DNA of 64,000 nt from Candidatus Latescibacterota bacterium (GCA_965243025.1 CBDETY010000003.1:192001-256000), one strand, 5' to 3'; counted from the first letter of the stretch, positions 42,639 to 52,769 are shown. Numbers and translations are program-made. Notes: a model not told the origin generated them from the sequence alone.

Positions 42639-42704
42639 ATTAAAGTCATTACTCGGCCAATTGATTTCCACATCAAAGTCATTACTCGGCCAATTGATTT
42701 CCAC
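42639..42704. repeat. 33-bp tandem duplication
   Basis: AT(T/C)AAAGTCATTACTCGGCCAATTGATTTCCAC x2. Confidence 0.9.
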
Positions 42705-42813
42705 GAAAGTTGTTTTCACTCATTGCATTCGGCCTATCGAAACCATCGAAACCTATCCAACAACCGGATGATACGCGGTTTTGATGTTCTCAGCAAGGGA
42801 GAAGAAACCTAAG

Positions 42814-45800
42814 ATGAAAAGTGGCCACGAAGTTCCCATGGATATGAAATGGTTCCGCGGAGGAATGCTCGTAGTGCTGGCCGTGTCGTTTCTCGCTGGT
42901 GGTGCCCAAGCGCAGCCTACCGCTCCTACGGTGACGGTGACATCGGAGGTGGGAGCGCTCAAGGTGTCGTGGCCAGCGGTTTCGACGGCCGTCAGATACA
43001 CGGTGCAGTGGAAGTCGGGGGAGGAGCAGTACAGCGAGACCGAGCGCCAAGCCAGGGTGACCGGTACGGAGCATCCCATTCCGAACCTGAAGGCGGACAC
43101 CGATTACGATGTGCGGGTGACCGCTTGGGACCAAAATGGCGACTATGCCATGTCGGAGGTCACAGATAGTTCCCCGGCACCAGGAAAGGTGACGGGCGTG
43201 ATGGTGACTCCCGGGGTGGGGGGGGCCGCCACGAGTCTCATGGTATCGTGGACCGCGGTCACGGGGGCTACCAGCTACAAAGTGCAGTGGAAATCGGGGA
43301 TGGAGAATTACAGCGAAACGTCAGGTACCCGTAACTCACCGGTGACGGGGGATCCTCTTCCTACGAGTTTTGATATTCCGAGTCTGGAGGCCGGTACCGA
43401 GTACACAGTGCGGGTGATCGCCACGAACGACGCGGACGGCACCGAGGCCACCAACGACGGCGGGGACGGCCCGGCCTCCGATGAGGCCACGGGCACGCCG
43501 AAGCCGGTCCAGGTGGGGACCGTGACCGTGACTTCCGAGGAGGGGGCGCTAAAAGTAGGGTGGCCCAAGGTTCCGGGGGCCACCAGTTACAAGGTGCAGT
43601 GGAAGTCCGGGGGGGAGCGGTACAGCACGAGCCGCCAAGCCACAGCGACCCCATCGGGTGAGGAAAATGAAGAAGCAACATTAACCCTGAGGGCCAGCAC
43701 CAATAACTATACGGTGCGGGTGATCGCCACGAACGCCGGCGGCGACGGGCAGCCTTCCGCTGAGGTCATGGGTAGGCCGAAGCCGGGCCAGGTGCAGAAC
43801 GTGAGGGTTTCGGCGGCCGCGACGCCGCAGCAGCTGACGGTATCGTGGAATGCGGTTACGGGGGCCAGCAGCTACAAGGTGCAGTGGAAGTCGGGGACGG
43901 AGGAGTACGACGCAGACGGTTCGGCGTCGCCGCCCCGCCTAGCGACGGCGACCGGTACGAGTCATACGATTACGGGTCTGTCCGGCATCCCGCACACAGT
44001 GCGGGTGGTCGCCACCAACGATGGCGGCGACGCCAACGACACCGGCGACGGGGGCGACGGCCCCGCCTCCGCTGAGGCCACGGGCACGCCCAAGCCGGGC
44101 CAGGTAGGCACTGTGACGCCGACAGTTGGGGTGGAGCAGCTCAGTTTGAATTGGGACGATGTCACGGGGGCTACGGGATACACGGTGCAGTGGAAGTCGG
44201 GGTCGGAGCTGTACGGCGCCAGTCGCCAAGCCACTACGGCAATGTCGGAAATGGTGATTTATGATCTGACGGGAGCAACCGAGTACACGGTCCGGGTTTT
44301 CGCCTCGAACGCGAGCGGCGACGGTCTGCCCTCCGCAGAAGCCACAGGAACGCCGACAGCTGCTGGTGAAAACCAGGTGACCGGAGTGCGGGTGACCCCC
44401 GGCGTGGGGCAGCTCACGATAGAGTGGAATCCGGTCGCAGGGGCCACAAAATACACCGTGAGTTTGACGGAAGGTGGAAATACGGAGACATACGACAGAA
44501 CCCGTACCCGTACGGTGATTCCGAGTTTGACGAGCGGAACCGAGTATACGGTGACGGTGACGGCTGACGTTCCCGAGGTCGAAAATGAACCGGCCTCATC
44601 GCAGGTCACAGGCACGCCGCAGCCGGGCAAGGTGCAGAACGTGAAGGTGGTTGCTCAGGCCGATAATCCACAGCAGCTCACGGTAACCTGGGACCGGCTC
44701 GAGGGGGTCCTTGATACTGATGGATACAAGGTGCAGTGGAAGTCGGGGTCGCAGCAGTACGACGCCAGCCGCCAAGTCGAAGTGGACCAAGCAGCGACGG
44801 GCCCGATTACTGCTACGCTTGGGGATGGGACGGCGGGAACAGACGCGGACACGCCTCTGGACGGTGTCGCGCACACGGTGCGGGTAATCGGCACGAACGC
44901 CGGCGGCGACGGCCCGGCCTCGAACGACGTCACAGGTACGCCGAAACCGGGCCAGGTGGGGGCGGCGACTGGGACAGACGATGATGTGGTGGTGACTTCC
45001 GAGGTCGGGGCGCTCGCGGTGACGTGGGGCGCAATCCCGGGGGCCAGTAGCTACAAGGTGCAGTGGAGGTCGGACCAAACGGGGGAGACGGCTTACAACA
45101 CCTCCGACCGCCAAGCCACCGCGACCGGTACGAGTCATACGATTCCGAATCTGGATGCGGCCGCCACGTACGCCGTTCAGGTGACCGCCACGAACGCGAG
45201 CGGCGACGGCGCGGCATCAGCCGAAAACGCAGGAAATAAACCGAAGCCGGGTCAGGTGAAAAACGTGGTGGTGTCTGCCGCCGCCACCCCGCAGCAACTC
45301 ACGGTAACGTGGGGCGCGGTCACGGGGGTCGCCACTACAGGTGGATATAAAGTGCAGTGGAAGTCGGGGTCGCAGGATTACGACGCCAGCCGCCAAGTCT
45401 CGGTGGACGGAACGAGTACGACGCTCGGGGATGCGACGCCAGCAGAGGACACGGCTCTGGACGGCATCCCGCACACGGTGCGGGTGATCGCCACGAACGA
45501 TACCGATGCCGACACCGAAGACCCCGAAGACCCAGGCGACGGCGGCGACGGCCCGGCCTCCGCTGGGGTCACGGGTACGCCGAAGCCGGGCCAGGTGGGG
45601 GCCGCGACCGGGGATGACGATAATGTGGTGGTGACTTCCGAGGTCGGGGCGCTCGGGGTGACGTGGGGCGCAATCCCGGGGGCCAGTGGCTACAAAGTGC
45701 AGTGGAAGTCGGACCAGACGGGGGAGGATGCTTACTCCCCCAGCCGCCAAGCCTCGGTGACCGGTACGAGTCACACGATCCGGAATCTGTCGGCGGTCGC

Positions 45801-48800
45801 CGAGTACGACGTTCAGGTGATCGCCCGGAACGCGAGCGGCGACGGCCTGGCATCAGCCGAAAACGCAGACAATAAGGCGAAGCCGGGGCAGGTGACGGGG
45901 GTGGAGGTGGAGCCCGGCGTGGGAACCCTCGTTGTTACGTGGGACGCGGTCCCGGGGGTTTCCTCCGCCAATGGATACAAAGTGCAATGGAAATCGGCGA
46001 CGGACACGGATTACGATGCGACTAACCGTCAAGATTTGGCGTCCACTACGTCTAACACGATTGATGAGTTGACGGCGGGCACCCGGTACACAGTTCGGGT
46101 GATCGCCACGAACGAAGCGACTGGCACCGAGGCCCCCGGCGACGGCGGCGATGGCCCGGCCTCCGCGGAGGTTATGGGTGCACCGAAGCCTGGCGCAGTG
46201 GCCACACCGACGGTGACCGCCGGACCGGAGCAGCTCACGGTGGAATGGACCGCACTCTCGGGGGCCGAGGTCACCGGGACTGAGGTTGAATACAAGGTGC
46301 AGTGGAAGTCGGGGGACCAGGACTACGCGTCCAGCCGCCAAGCTACTGGGACCGCTTCGCCCCATGTGATCCGGAATCTGACGGGAGGTACTGCATACAC
46401 GGTGCAGGTGATCGCTACGGTGGCTTCGGTCGACGGCGATGCCAGCGAGGCCTCCCCGGCCACGCCGACGGCTGCCGAGGCGAACCAGGTAACGGGGGTC
46501 CGGGTGACGAATGTGGGGGACGAGCAGCTCACGGTGCAGTGGAACCGGCTCAGAGGGGCCACGGCCTACACGGTGGAATGGAGGGAAGAAAATGGTACTT
46601 GGGACACAGACGGATCGGCTGATCGCCAAGTTACGGGGATCCGCAGTACGTCGCATGTGATTACGGGTCTGACGGGCGGAACCGTCTACGAGGTGCGGGT
46701 GAAGGTTACCGGGGCCACTGACCCAGGCTCATTTGTTGTGGCCAGGGGCACGCCAACGACGGCTACCCCCCCCCAAGTGACGGAGGTCAAGGTGGCTTCC
46801 GCGGTGGATCAACTTACGGTATCGTGGAAAGAGGTCACGGGGGCTACCTACAAGATACAGTGGAAGACGGATTTTCAGCTGTACGCCGCTACCCGCGAAA
46901 TCGAACCAGCAACCGGTGACCTGACCACCGCCAATGGGGTAGTGAGCTATGATCTTGCTGCTGCTGTCGGGGCAGAGACACGACTGAAAACCGGCACCCT
47001 GTACATGGTGCGGGTGCAGGCGATCAAGTCTGCTGCCGAGCCCCCGGGGGGACTGTGGTCGAGCGGAGTCACCGGCATGCTGACGCCGGGCCAGGTGACG
47101 TTGGAGGCCGCGGGCGTGGTCTCCGGCTCCGAGAAGCTCACGGTATCTTGGGACGCAGTCCCGGGGGCGGCTAGCTACAAGGTGCAGTGGAGGACGGCAA
47201 GTCAGTTGACCTACCCTTCTAGCCAAGAAGCCACGGTGACCGGTACGGAGCATCCGATTGAGAATCTGGAGGCGGGCATCGAGTACACGGTGCAGGTGAC
47301 TGCCACGAACGCAGGCGGCGACGGCGCGGCCTCAGCCGCGCAAACAGGTACGCCCCAGCCGGGCCAGGTGACGGGCGTAGCGGTGACCCCCGGCGTGGGG
47401 GGAACCCCCACGAGCCTCACGGTGATGTGGGACGCGGTCACGGGGGTCTCCGCCACTAATGGCTACAAAGTGGAGTGGAAGTCGGGGTCGGAGGATTACG
47501 ACGAAGATAATTCAGACGGCCGTCAAGCCACGGTGAGCGGTACAAGTCATCCGATTCCGAGTCTGCTAGCTGACAAACAGTACACGGTGCGGGTGATCGC
47601 CACGAACGCAAGCGGGGATGGCCCGAAATCCGCTGAGGTCATGGGCAGGCCGAAGCCGGCCCAGGTGGGCGGCGAATCCGGGACAGATGATGATGTGACG
47701 GTCACTCCCGGCGCCGGGCAGCTCGCGGTGAACTGGGGAGTTGTCACGGGGGCTACTGGATACACGGTGCAGTGGAAGTCGGGGTCGCAGAGTTACGTGT
47801 CCAGCCGCCAAGCCACGACGGCGGGTTTGAGGCATGTGATCCAGAATCTGACGGACACCGAGCACACGGTGCGCGTGTTCGCCTCGAACCCGAGCGGCGA
47901 CGGACCGGTTTCAGCCGAAGTAAGAGGCACGCCGTTGTCGGTCCAGGAGGGCCAGGTGACCAACGTGCAGGTGACTTCGGGCGTTGGGCAGCTCACGGTA
48001 TCGTGGAGAGCGGTCACGGGGGCTACCGGATACACAGTGGAGTGGCGGGAGGAAACGGCGAGTAGTTTCGACCCGAACGACCAGGCCACGGCGACCGGTA
48101 CGAGCCATGTGATTGAGGATCTCGATGGAGGCACGGAGTATGCGGTGCAGGTGACCGCCATCCTGCCCGACGTGCTGTCCCCACCGGAATCGGACCTGGC
48201 TTACGGAACGCCGAGCCTGGAAATGGTGACCAACGTGGTGGTGACTTCCGAGGATGTGGAGCTTCTCACGGTATCGTGGGACGCGGTCTCGGGGGCCACA
48301 GGATACAAGGTGCAGTGGAAGTCGGGCTCGGAGGGGTACGCGGAAGACCGCCAAGCCGAAGTGACAACCGGTACGAGGTATACGATTGCAAACCTGATAG
48401 GAGGCACGCAGTACACGGTGCGGGTGATCGCCACGAAGGGAGCTTTGGAAGGACCGCCCTCGGACGAACACACCGGCACCCCGGGGGTCAATCCAGACCA
48501 GGTAGCGAACGTGGTGGTGACTCCCGGCCAGACGCAGCTCACAGTGGAGTGGGACCCGGTCCAGGGAGCCACTCAGTACAAGGTGCAGTGGAAGTCGGGG
48601 ACCCAGGACTATGCGGCCAACCGCCAGATGGTGGTGGATACCGGTACGAGGCATGTGATTGAGGCCCTGACGGCCGACACCGACTACACGGTGCGGGTGA
48701 TTGCTGTCGTGGGCGGGAACGACGGACCGGCCTCATCGGAGGAAATGGGGACGCCGACGAGTACGCCTACGCGTCCAACTACACCAACAACTCCATCTAC

Positions 48801-51800
48801 ACCATCTACTCCATCTACACCATCTACTCCAACCACCCCAACTCCTCCGCCAACAACAACGGAGCCTGAGACGCCTACGCAGCCGCCCGCCGCGACGCCC
48901 CGGTCCCCGCGACCGGGCAAGGTGACGATCTCGTCGGTGAAGGCGGGAGAAGAAGGCGGTCAGCTTGCGGTGAAGTGGCGGGTGACGGGCAAAGCATCCG
49001 GGTACAAGGTGCAGTGGAAGTCGGGAGACCAGGATTTCGGCTCGACCCGCCAGGCCAAAGTGTCCGGGATGCTCACGACCACCTACACCATTCCCGATCT
49101 TGACTATACAATCGAATACATGGTACAGGTCATCGCTTATAACTCTCACGGCGATGGACCGGCTTCGGACAGCCGCACGGGTACGCCGAAGCAGGGCAAG
49201 CCCAAGACGGGTATCGCCGGCATGCTGAAGGGGGAAGCGCGCGGCGCCAATGCGCAGCAGCCGCGCGGCAGCCAGTCCCAGGTTTCCACCCTGGGTCTGG
49301 ACCCGGAAGCGCATCTGGACGCCGGCCAGGAAGTGACCCTGACCCTGACGGTGGCCGAGTCCGCCTCCTATCTCCTGAAAGTAACCGGAGGCCGGGGGGT
49401 GACCTTGAGCGGAGACGGCGTGCTCGATCAGGGCGGCGGCGAAGCCCAGCTGGATGCCGACTCCTGGTCGGATGGACAGCGCACCGTGGTCCTCAAGGAC
49501 ACGGCAGGACCGGACACCCTGTCGGTGGTGCTCCGCAACACCTCGGGTGATCAGGTGGCGGCGCTGGAGCCCCGGATCGTCTACAACCCGGAGGTACGTC
49601 ACTCGCTGGTGGTTACCGGTCTGCCGGACACCCTGGCGGTGGGCCGGGCCTACCGGGGCGAAGTCTCGGTGGTGGACCGCTACGGCAACGCCCGCAGCGA
49701 CGACCGCGAGGTGGAGATTACGGCCGATCAGAGCGGCGTCAGCTCCTCCTCGCCGGTGGAGCTGGAAGCCGGCACCGGGGGATTCTGGGTGCGCAGCGAT
49801 GCGGACCAGGATCTGGTGCTGACCTTCAGCGACGCCGAGGAAAGCGCGGTAAGTCAGTCCGTGTCGGTGGTCGTGCGGCCGCTGGATGCTCCGGACAGGG
49901 TGATAGCCGCCGACCACCCGGGTGACGAGGGCGGGTTCGTCCTGTTGACGTGGGATCTGTCGGAAGACCATTCGATGATCAACAGCTACCGCATTTTCCG
50001 CGGAGCGGATTCCACGACCGAATGGGCGCAGGTGGCAGCCGATCCGGACGCCACCGAAGGCCGCGCCATAGTGGCGACGCTGGACACGGTTTCTTCGGTC
50101 TGGGGTGTTCTCGCCCAGCGCGGAGGAGACTCCATGGACGACGAGTCGATGTCGTGTGCGGAGATCGTGGTGGTGGGTTCCGACGTCGCCGGTCTGGATG
50201 TCCTGGTCTGGCGCACCGGTTCGGGGAACCGCCTGTCTTCTCCCCGGTCCTCCAACATCCTTTATAAGGGGACCACCGATGCGACGGGGCGGGTCAATCT
50301 GACCGTCAACAACCGGGGTCGCAGCAGCTACTACGCGGCCACCGCCCGCAACGCCGACGGCGAGGTAGTAGGCCGCTGGAGCCGCATCCAGCTGACTCCC
50401 TCCGAGTGTCCCAGCCTCGAGCTGACCCTGGGCGGAGAAGCTGAGGTGGACGTGTCGGGCGACCAGGCGCCGGCGGTGGTACTGCGGTCGTCGGTTACCC
50501 TGTCGGGTTCGGCTCGCGCCATCGACAACACGCCGCCGGCTGCGGCGGGGTCTTTCCGGGCCGTGGATGTCCCCGACGACGACGGAGGCCAAATCCAGTT
50601 GTCGTGGACCGAATCGACCTCGGACGTCTCGATAACCCGCTCCGTCGAGGGCGCCGTAGGTCCGGTAACCTCGGACATGAGCCGCGGCGTGGTGGGCTAT
50701 CGCATCTACCGGGAGTCTGCCGAAGGGTTTGCTCCCCTCGGGACGGTCGGTCCCGGTGTCACCGGTTTCGTGGATACGACGGCCATCACCGGAATACGGT
50801 TCACCTACGTCGTCTCCGCCTTCGATCAGGACAACGAGACCGTATCGGAGGAGGAGTCGGCCATGTCCATCCGCAACCGCGAGGAAGACGTCAACGGCAA
50901 GCTCATCCAGGGCTTGTTCGGGGCGGACAAGACCGTCGGCTTCGACGACTACTTCCACTTCGCCGATCACTACGGTTCCACGACTACGGATCCGGAGTGG
51001 GAACCGGCGTTCGATCTGGCCTCGAAGCAGGCGATTGACGGGGCCGGGTTGGAGGTCTTCGCCGAGAACTTCGGTCGTGAGACCGCCTCGGCAGCCAAGG
51101 TGGTGCCGCTGCCGCCCGGCCGGAACGAGCAGACGAGGCTGGATTTCTACGGCGGCGTGCCGCTGCCGCGAGTCGGGGAGGAGTTCGTCCTGACCGTGCA
51201 GCTGAGCGACTTCGGTCTGCTCAAGGGCTACGGCTTCCAGATCGAGTTCAATGCGGAAGAGCTGGAGGTGGTCCGTGCGGCAGCCGCCGACAACGGCCTC
51301 GGGGCCGGCACCCTGGCTATCCCGCAAGTCCTGGCCGTGGCCGACGGCAAGCGGGCCATCGTCGCCTACGGGGACGGGGTATCGGAAGGCACCCTGGCGG
51401 TGGACATCGTTTTCCGCGCCCTGCGGGAGTTCGAAGGCGGCTTCATCAAGGTCTCCGAGGGGCAGGTCCGCGACGGTGCCTTTGCCGTCAACCCCCTCGC
51501 CTTGCCGCCCCCGGTGGAGATGGAGACCCTGCCGGAGGTGTATGCCCTGGGCTTCAACTACCCGAACCCGTTCAACCCGGAGACGACGATCAAATACGCG
51601 TTGCCTCAGGCGTCGGACGTTGAGCTGGTTATCTACAACTCGCTCGGCCAGGTGGTGCGAACCCTGGTGAACGAGCGCCAGGGGGTAGGCCGCTACGCCT
51701 TCACGTGGGACGCGACCAACGACCGCGGCCAGGCGGTGTCTTCGGGAATCTACCTGTACCGCCTGCAGGCAGGAGAGTTCGCCAAAGTCCGAAAGATGTT

Positions 51801-51813
51801 GTTGCTCAAGTAG
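42814..51813 (+). CDS. Giant surface protein: signal peptide, ~21 fibronectin type III domains, Pro/Thr linker, Ig-like domains, dockerin/EF-hand-like, cohesin-like and T9SS/FlgD-type C-terminal domain
   Basis: repeats of L.V.W..V.GA..Y.VQWKSG...Y.V.V.A.N..GDG..S; VGFDDYFHFADHYG; VGEEFVLTVQ..LKGYGFQIEFN; NYPNPFNPETTIKY..SSGIYLYRL..RKMLLLK; start 42814-42844. Confidence 0.9.
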   Translation: MKSGHEVPMDMKWFRGGMLVVLAVSFLAGGAQAQPTAPTVTVTSEVGALKVSWPAVSTAVRYTVQWKSGEEQYSETERQARVTGTEHPIPNLKADTDYDVRVTAWDQNGDYAMSEVTDSSPAPGKVTGVMVTPGVGGAATSLMVSWTAVTGATSYKVQWKSGMENYSETSGTRNSPVTGDPLPTSFDIPSLEAGTEYTVRVIATNDADGTEATNDGGDGPASDEATGTPKPVQVGTVTVTSEEGALKVGWPKVPGATSYKVQWKSGGERYSTSRQATATPSGEENEEATLTLRASTNNYTVRVIATNAGGDGQPSAEVMGRPKPGQVQNVRVSAAATPQQLTVSWNAVTGASSYKVQWKSGTEEYDADGSASPPRLATATGTSHTITGLSGIPHTVRVVATNDGGDANDTGDGGDGPASAEATGTPKPGQVGTVTPTVGVEQLSLNWDDVTGATGYTVQWKSGSELYGASRQATTAMSEMVIYDLTGATEYTVRVFASNASGDGLPSAEATGTPTAAGENQVTGVRVTPGVGQLTIEWNPVAGATKYTVSLTEGGNTETYDRTRTRTVIPSLTSGTEYTVTVTADVPEVENEPASSQVTGTPQPGKVQNVKVVAQADNPQQLTVTWDRLEGVLDTDGYKVQWKSGSQQYDASRQVEVDQAATGPITATLGDGTAGTDADTPLDGVAHTVRVIGTNAGGDGPASNDVTGTPKPGQVGAATGTDDDVVVTSEVGALAVTWGAIPGASSYKVQWRSDQTGETAYNTSDRQATATGTSHTIPNLDAAATYAVQVTATNASGDGAASAENAGNKPKPGQVKNVVVSAAATPQQLTVTWGAVTGVATTGGYKVQWKSGSQDYDASRQVSVDGTSTTLGDATPAEDTALDGIPHTVRVIATNDTDADTEDPEDPGDGGDGPASAGVTGTPKPGQVGAATGDDDNVVVTSEVGALGVTWGAIPGASGYKVQWKSDQTGEDAYSPSRQASVTGTSHTIRNLSAVAEYDVQVIARNASGDGLASAENADNKAKPGQVTGVEVEPGVGTLVVTWDAVPGVSSANGYKVQWKSATDTDYDATNRQDLASTTSNTIDELTAGTRYTVRVIATNEATGTEAPGDGGDGPASAEVMGAPKPGAVATPTVTAGPEQLTVEWTALSGAEVTGTEVEYKVQWKSGDQDYASSRQATGTASPHVIRNLTGGTAYTVQVIATVASVDGDASEASPATPTAAEANQVTGVRVTNVGDEQLTVQWNRLRGATAYTVEWREENGTWDTDGSADRQVTGIRSTSHVITGLTGGTVYEVRVKVTGATDPGSFVVARGTPTTATPPQVTEVKVASAVDQLTVSWKEVTGATYKIQWKTDFQLYAATREIEPATGDLTTANGVVSYDLAAAVGAETRLKTGTLYMVRVQAIKSAAEPPGGLWSSGVTGMLTPGQVTLEAAGVVSGSEKLTVSWDAVPGAASYKVQWRTASQLTYPSSQEATVTGTEHPIENLEAGIEYTVQVTATNAGGDGAASAAQTGTPQPGQVTGVAVTPGVGGTPTSLTVMWDAVTGVSATNGYKVEWKSGSEDYDEDNSDGRQATVSGTSHPIPSLLADKQYTVRVIATNASGDGPKSAEVMGRPKPAQVGGESGTDDDVTVTPGAGQLAVNWGVVTGATGYTVQWKSGSQSYVSSRQATTAGLRHVIQNLTDTEHTVRVFASNPSGDGPVSAEVRGTPLSVQEGQVTNVQVTSGVGQLTVSWRAVTGATGYTVEWREETASSFDPNDQATATGTSHVIEDLDGGTEYAVQVTAILPDVLSPPESDLAYGTPSLEMVTNVVVTSEDVELLTVSWDAVSGATGYKVQWKSGSEGYAEDRQAEVTTGTRYTIANLIGGTQYTVRVIATKGALEGPPSDEHTGTPGVNPDQVANVVVTPGQTQLTVEWDPVQGATQYKVQWKSGTQDYAANRQMVVDTGTRHVIEALTADTDYTVRVIAVVGGNDGPASSEEMGTPTSTPTRPTTPTTPSTPSTPSTPSTPTTPTPPPTTTEPETPTQPPAATPRSPRPGKVTISSVKAGEEGGQLAVKWRVTGKASGYKVQWKSGDQDFGSTRQAKVSGMLTTTYTIPDLDYTIEYMVQVIAYNSHGDGPASDSRTGTPKQGKPKTGIAGMLKGEARGANAQQPRGSQSQVSTLGLDPEAHLDAGQEVTLTLTVAESASYLLKVTGGRGVTLSGDGVLDQGGGEAQLDADSWSDGQRTVVLKDTAGPDTLSVVLRNTSGDQVAALEPRIVYNPEVRHSLVVTGLPDTLAVGRAYRGEVSVVDRYGNARSDDREVEITADQSGVSSSSPVELEAGTGGFWVRSDADQDLVLTFSDAEESAVSQSVSVVVRPLDAPDRVIAADHPGDEGGFVLLTWDLSEDHSMINSYRIFRGADSTTEWAQVAADPDATEGRAIVATLDTVSSVWGVLAQRGGDSMDDESMSCAEIVVVGSDVAGLDVLVWRTGSGNRLSSPRSSNILYKGTTDATGRVNLTVNNRGRSSYYAATARNADGEVVGRWSRIQLTPSECPSLELTLGGEAEVDVSGDQAPAVVLRSSVTLSGSARAIDNTPPAAAGSFRAVDVPDDDGGQIQLSWTESTSDVSITRSVEGAVGPVTSDMSRGVVGYRIYRESAEGFAPLGTVGPGVTGFVDTTAITGIRFTYVVSAFDQDNETVSEEESAMSIRNREEDVNGKLIQGLFGADKTVGFDDYFHFADHYGSTTTDPEWEPAFDLASKQAIDGAGLEVFAENFGRETASAAKVVPLPPGRNEQTRLDFYGGVPLPRVGEEFVLTVQLSDFGLLKGYGFQIEFNAEELEVVRAAAADNGLGAGTLAIPQVLAVADGKRAIVAYGDGVSEGTLAVDIVFRALREFEGGFIKVSEGQVRDGAFAVNPLALPPPVEMETLPEVYALGFNYPNPFNPETTIKYALPQASDVELVIYNSLGQVVRTLVNERQGVGRYAFTWDATNDRGQAVSSGIYLYRLQAGEFAKVRKMLLLK
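48751..48900 (+). repeat. Pro/Thr/Ser linker encoded by 9-bp tandem repeats
   Basis: AC(A/T)CCATCT units encoding TPSTPSTPS. Confidence 0.8.
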
Positions 51814-51826
51814 AAGCAGGTTGGTC

Positions 51827-51877
51827 AGGGGGAGTGGAGGGGAGGCGATTACGCTTTCCCTCCACCCCCCTTTTTTT
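51827..51877 (+). terminator. Rho-independent terminator after the Fn3 gene
   Basis: GGGGGAGTGGAGGG...CCCTCCACCCCCC followed by T7. Confidence 0.8.
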
Positions 51878-52031
51878 GATTACGGAAAGATGGAATTGGG
51901 AGATGGGATGTTACGGATGAACGGCTACGATGCCTCGCAAACCCTTGTCCCGTGCGATTCGGGGTGGCCTCCAGTTGCCGGGTAATGGGGGGAAGGACAT
52001 CCCATCTCCCATCTCCCGAATTAAACAGTAA

Positions 52032-52259
52032 ATGGCTGAGACTGAGAGAAAATACCGGCGTAAGACCCACTATCCCGGGCATTTGAGTGCGTCAGTGACC
52101 ATTCCCACACAAAAAGCTGTTGAGGGGCTGGCCGACCAGGCCGGTTGGTCGGTCGCCGAGGCGGTCCGGGAGTGCATCGAGGTCGGCCTGCCGGTGGTGA
52201 AGTCGCGTTTGACTCCCGTCCGGGATGGAAACGAGGAGGCTCCGGTCGACAATAGCTGA
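52032..52259 (+). CDS. Small ribbon-helix-helix (CopG-like) DNA-binding protein
   Basis: HLSASVT strand then QKAVEGLADQAG-WSVAEAVRECIE helices. Confidence 0.6.
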   Translation: MAETERKYRRKTHYPGHLSASVTIPTQKAVEGLADQAGWSVAEAVRECIEVGLPVVKSRLTPVRDGNEEAPVDNS

Positions 52260-52336
52260 AGATTTTGGGAGAGGTTTACAAGATGGTTACCACTGACCCG
52301 AGGGCTCCGATCCCCCTTTCCTGTCGGTGAACACCT

Positions 52337-52564
52337 ATGTCCAACCATGACAACGGGAACGCTGAAGTCCTCAAGCGGTTGATTCGCGAAGAAGAAGCAA
52401 AGCTCACCATAGAAGACCGCGAGGTTATACAAAAGGCTCTTTGGGCGGCTCGTATCCTGATGGACGAGGAGGACTTCCTCGTCAAGACAGAGGGAATGAA
52501 ATTGTGGCTGCAAACCCGGGTTTTCATGAAGCTCGATAGACTGGAAAGGGGCGGCGCTGATTGA
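52337..52564 (+). CDS. Small helical hypothetical protein
   Basis: 75-aa ORF with protein-like composition, GGTG RBS. Confidence 0.5.
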   Translation: MSNHDNGNAEVLKRLIREEEAKLTIEDREVIQKALWAARILMDEEDFLVKTEGMKLWLQTRVFMKLDRLERGGAD

Positions 52565-52769
52565 CCTTCCGGGATACGCTCAACAGGCCTTGCCTGTCCG
52601 TAAGCCAGCGAGCCGGGAGAGTTCGTCTGTCCCGACACCTTCTACATCGGTCCCCCAACTGCTGATCGGGGTTTCCGCGAAGCATTCTTCCCCCCTGTTA
52701 CTCATGGAATCACTCGCACCATCGTAAGAACAAAGGCCGCCACCACGGCAGCCAGGGCGGCCAAAAAGG

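Noticed and set aside
42448-42704. Possible mini-CRISPR array
   Set aside because: Repeats are directly tandem or 22-bp periodic with no 30-40-bp unique spacers; no cas genes
42621-42812. 63-aa ORF with IKVITRPIDFH repeat
   Set aside because: Translation of the 33-bp duplication; TTG start and no coding evidence
42814-51813. Diversity-generating retroelement acting on the Fn3 repeats
   Set aside because: No reverse transcriptase, no non-coding template copy, differences not adenine-specific
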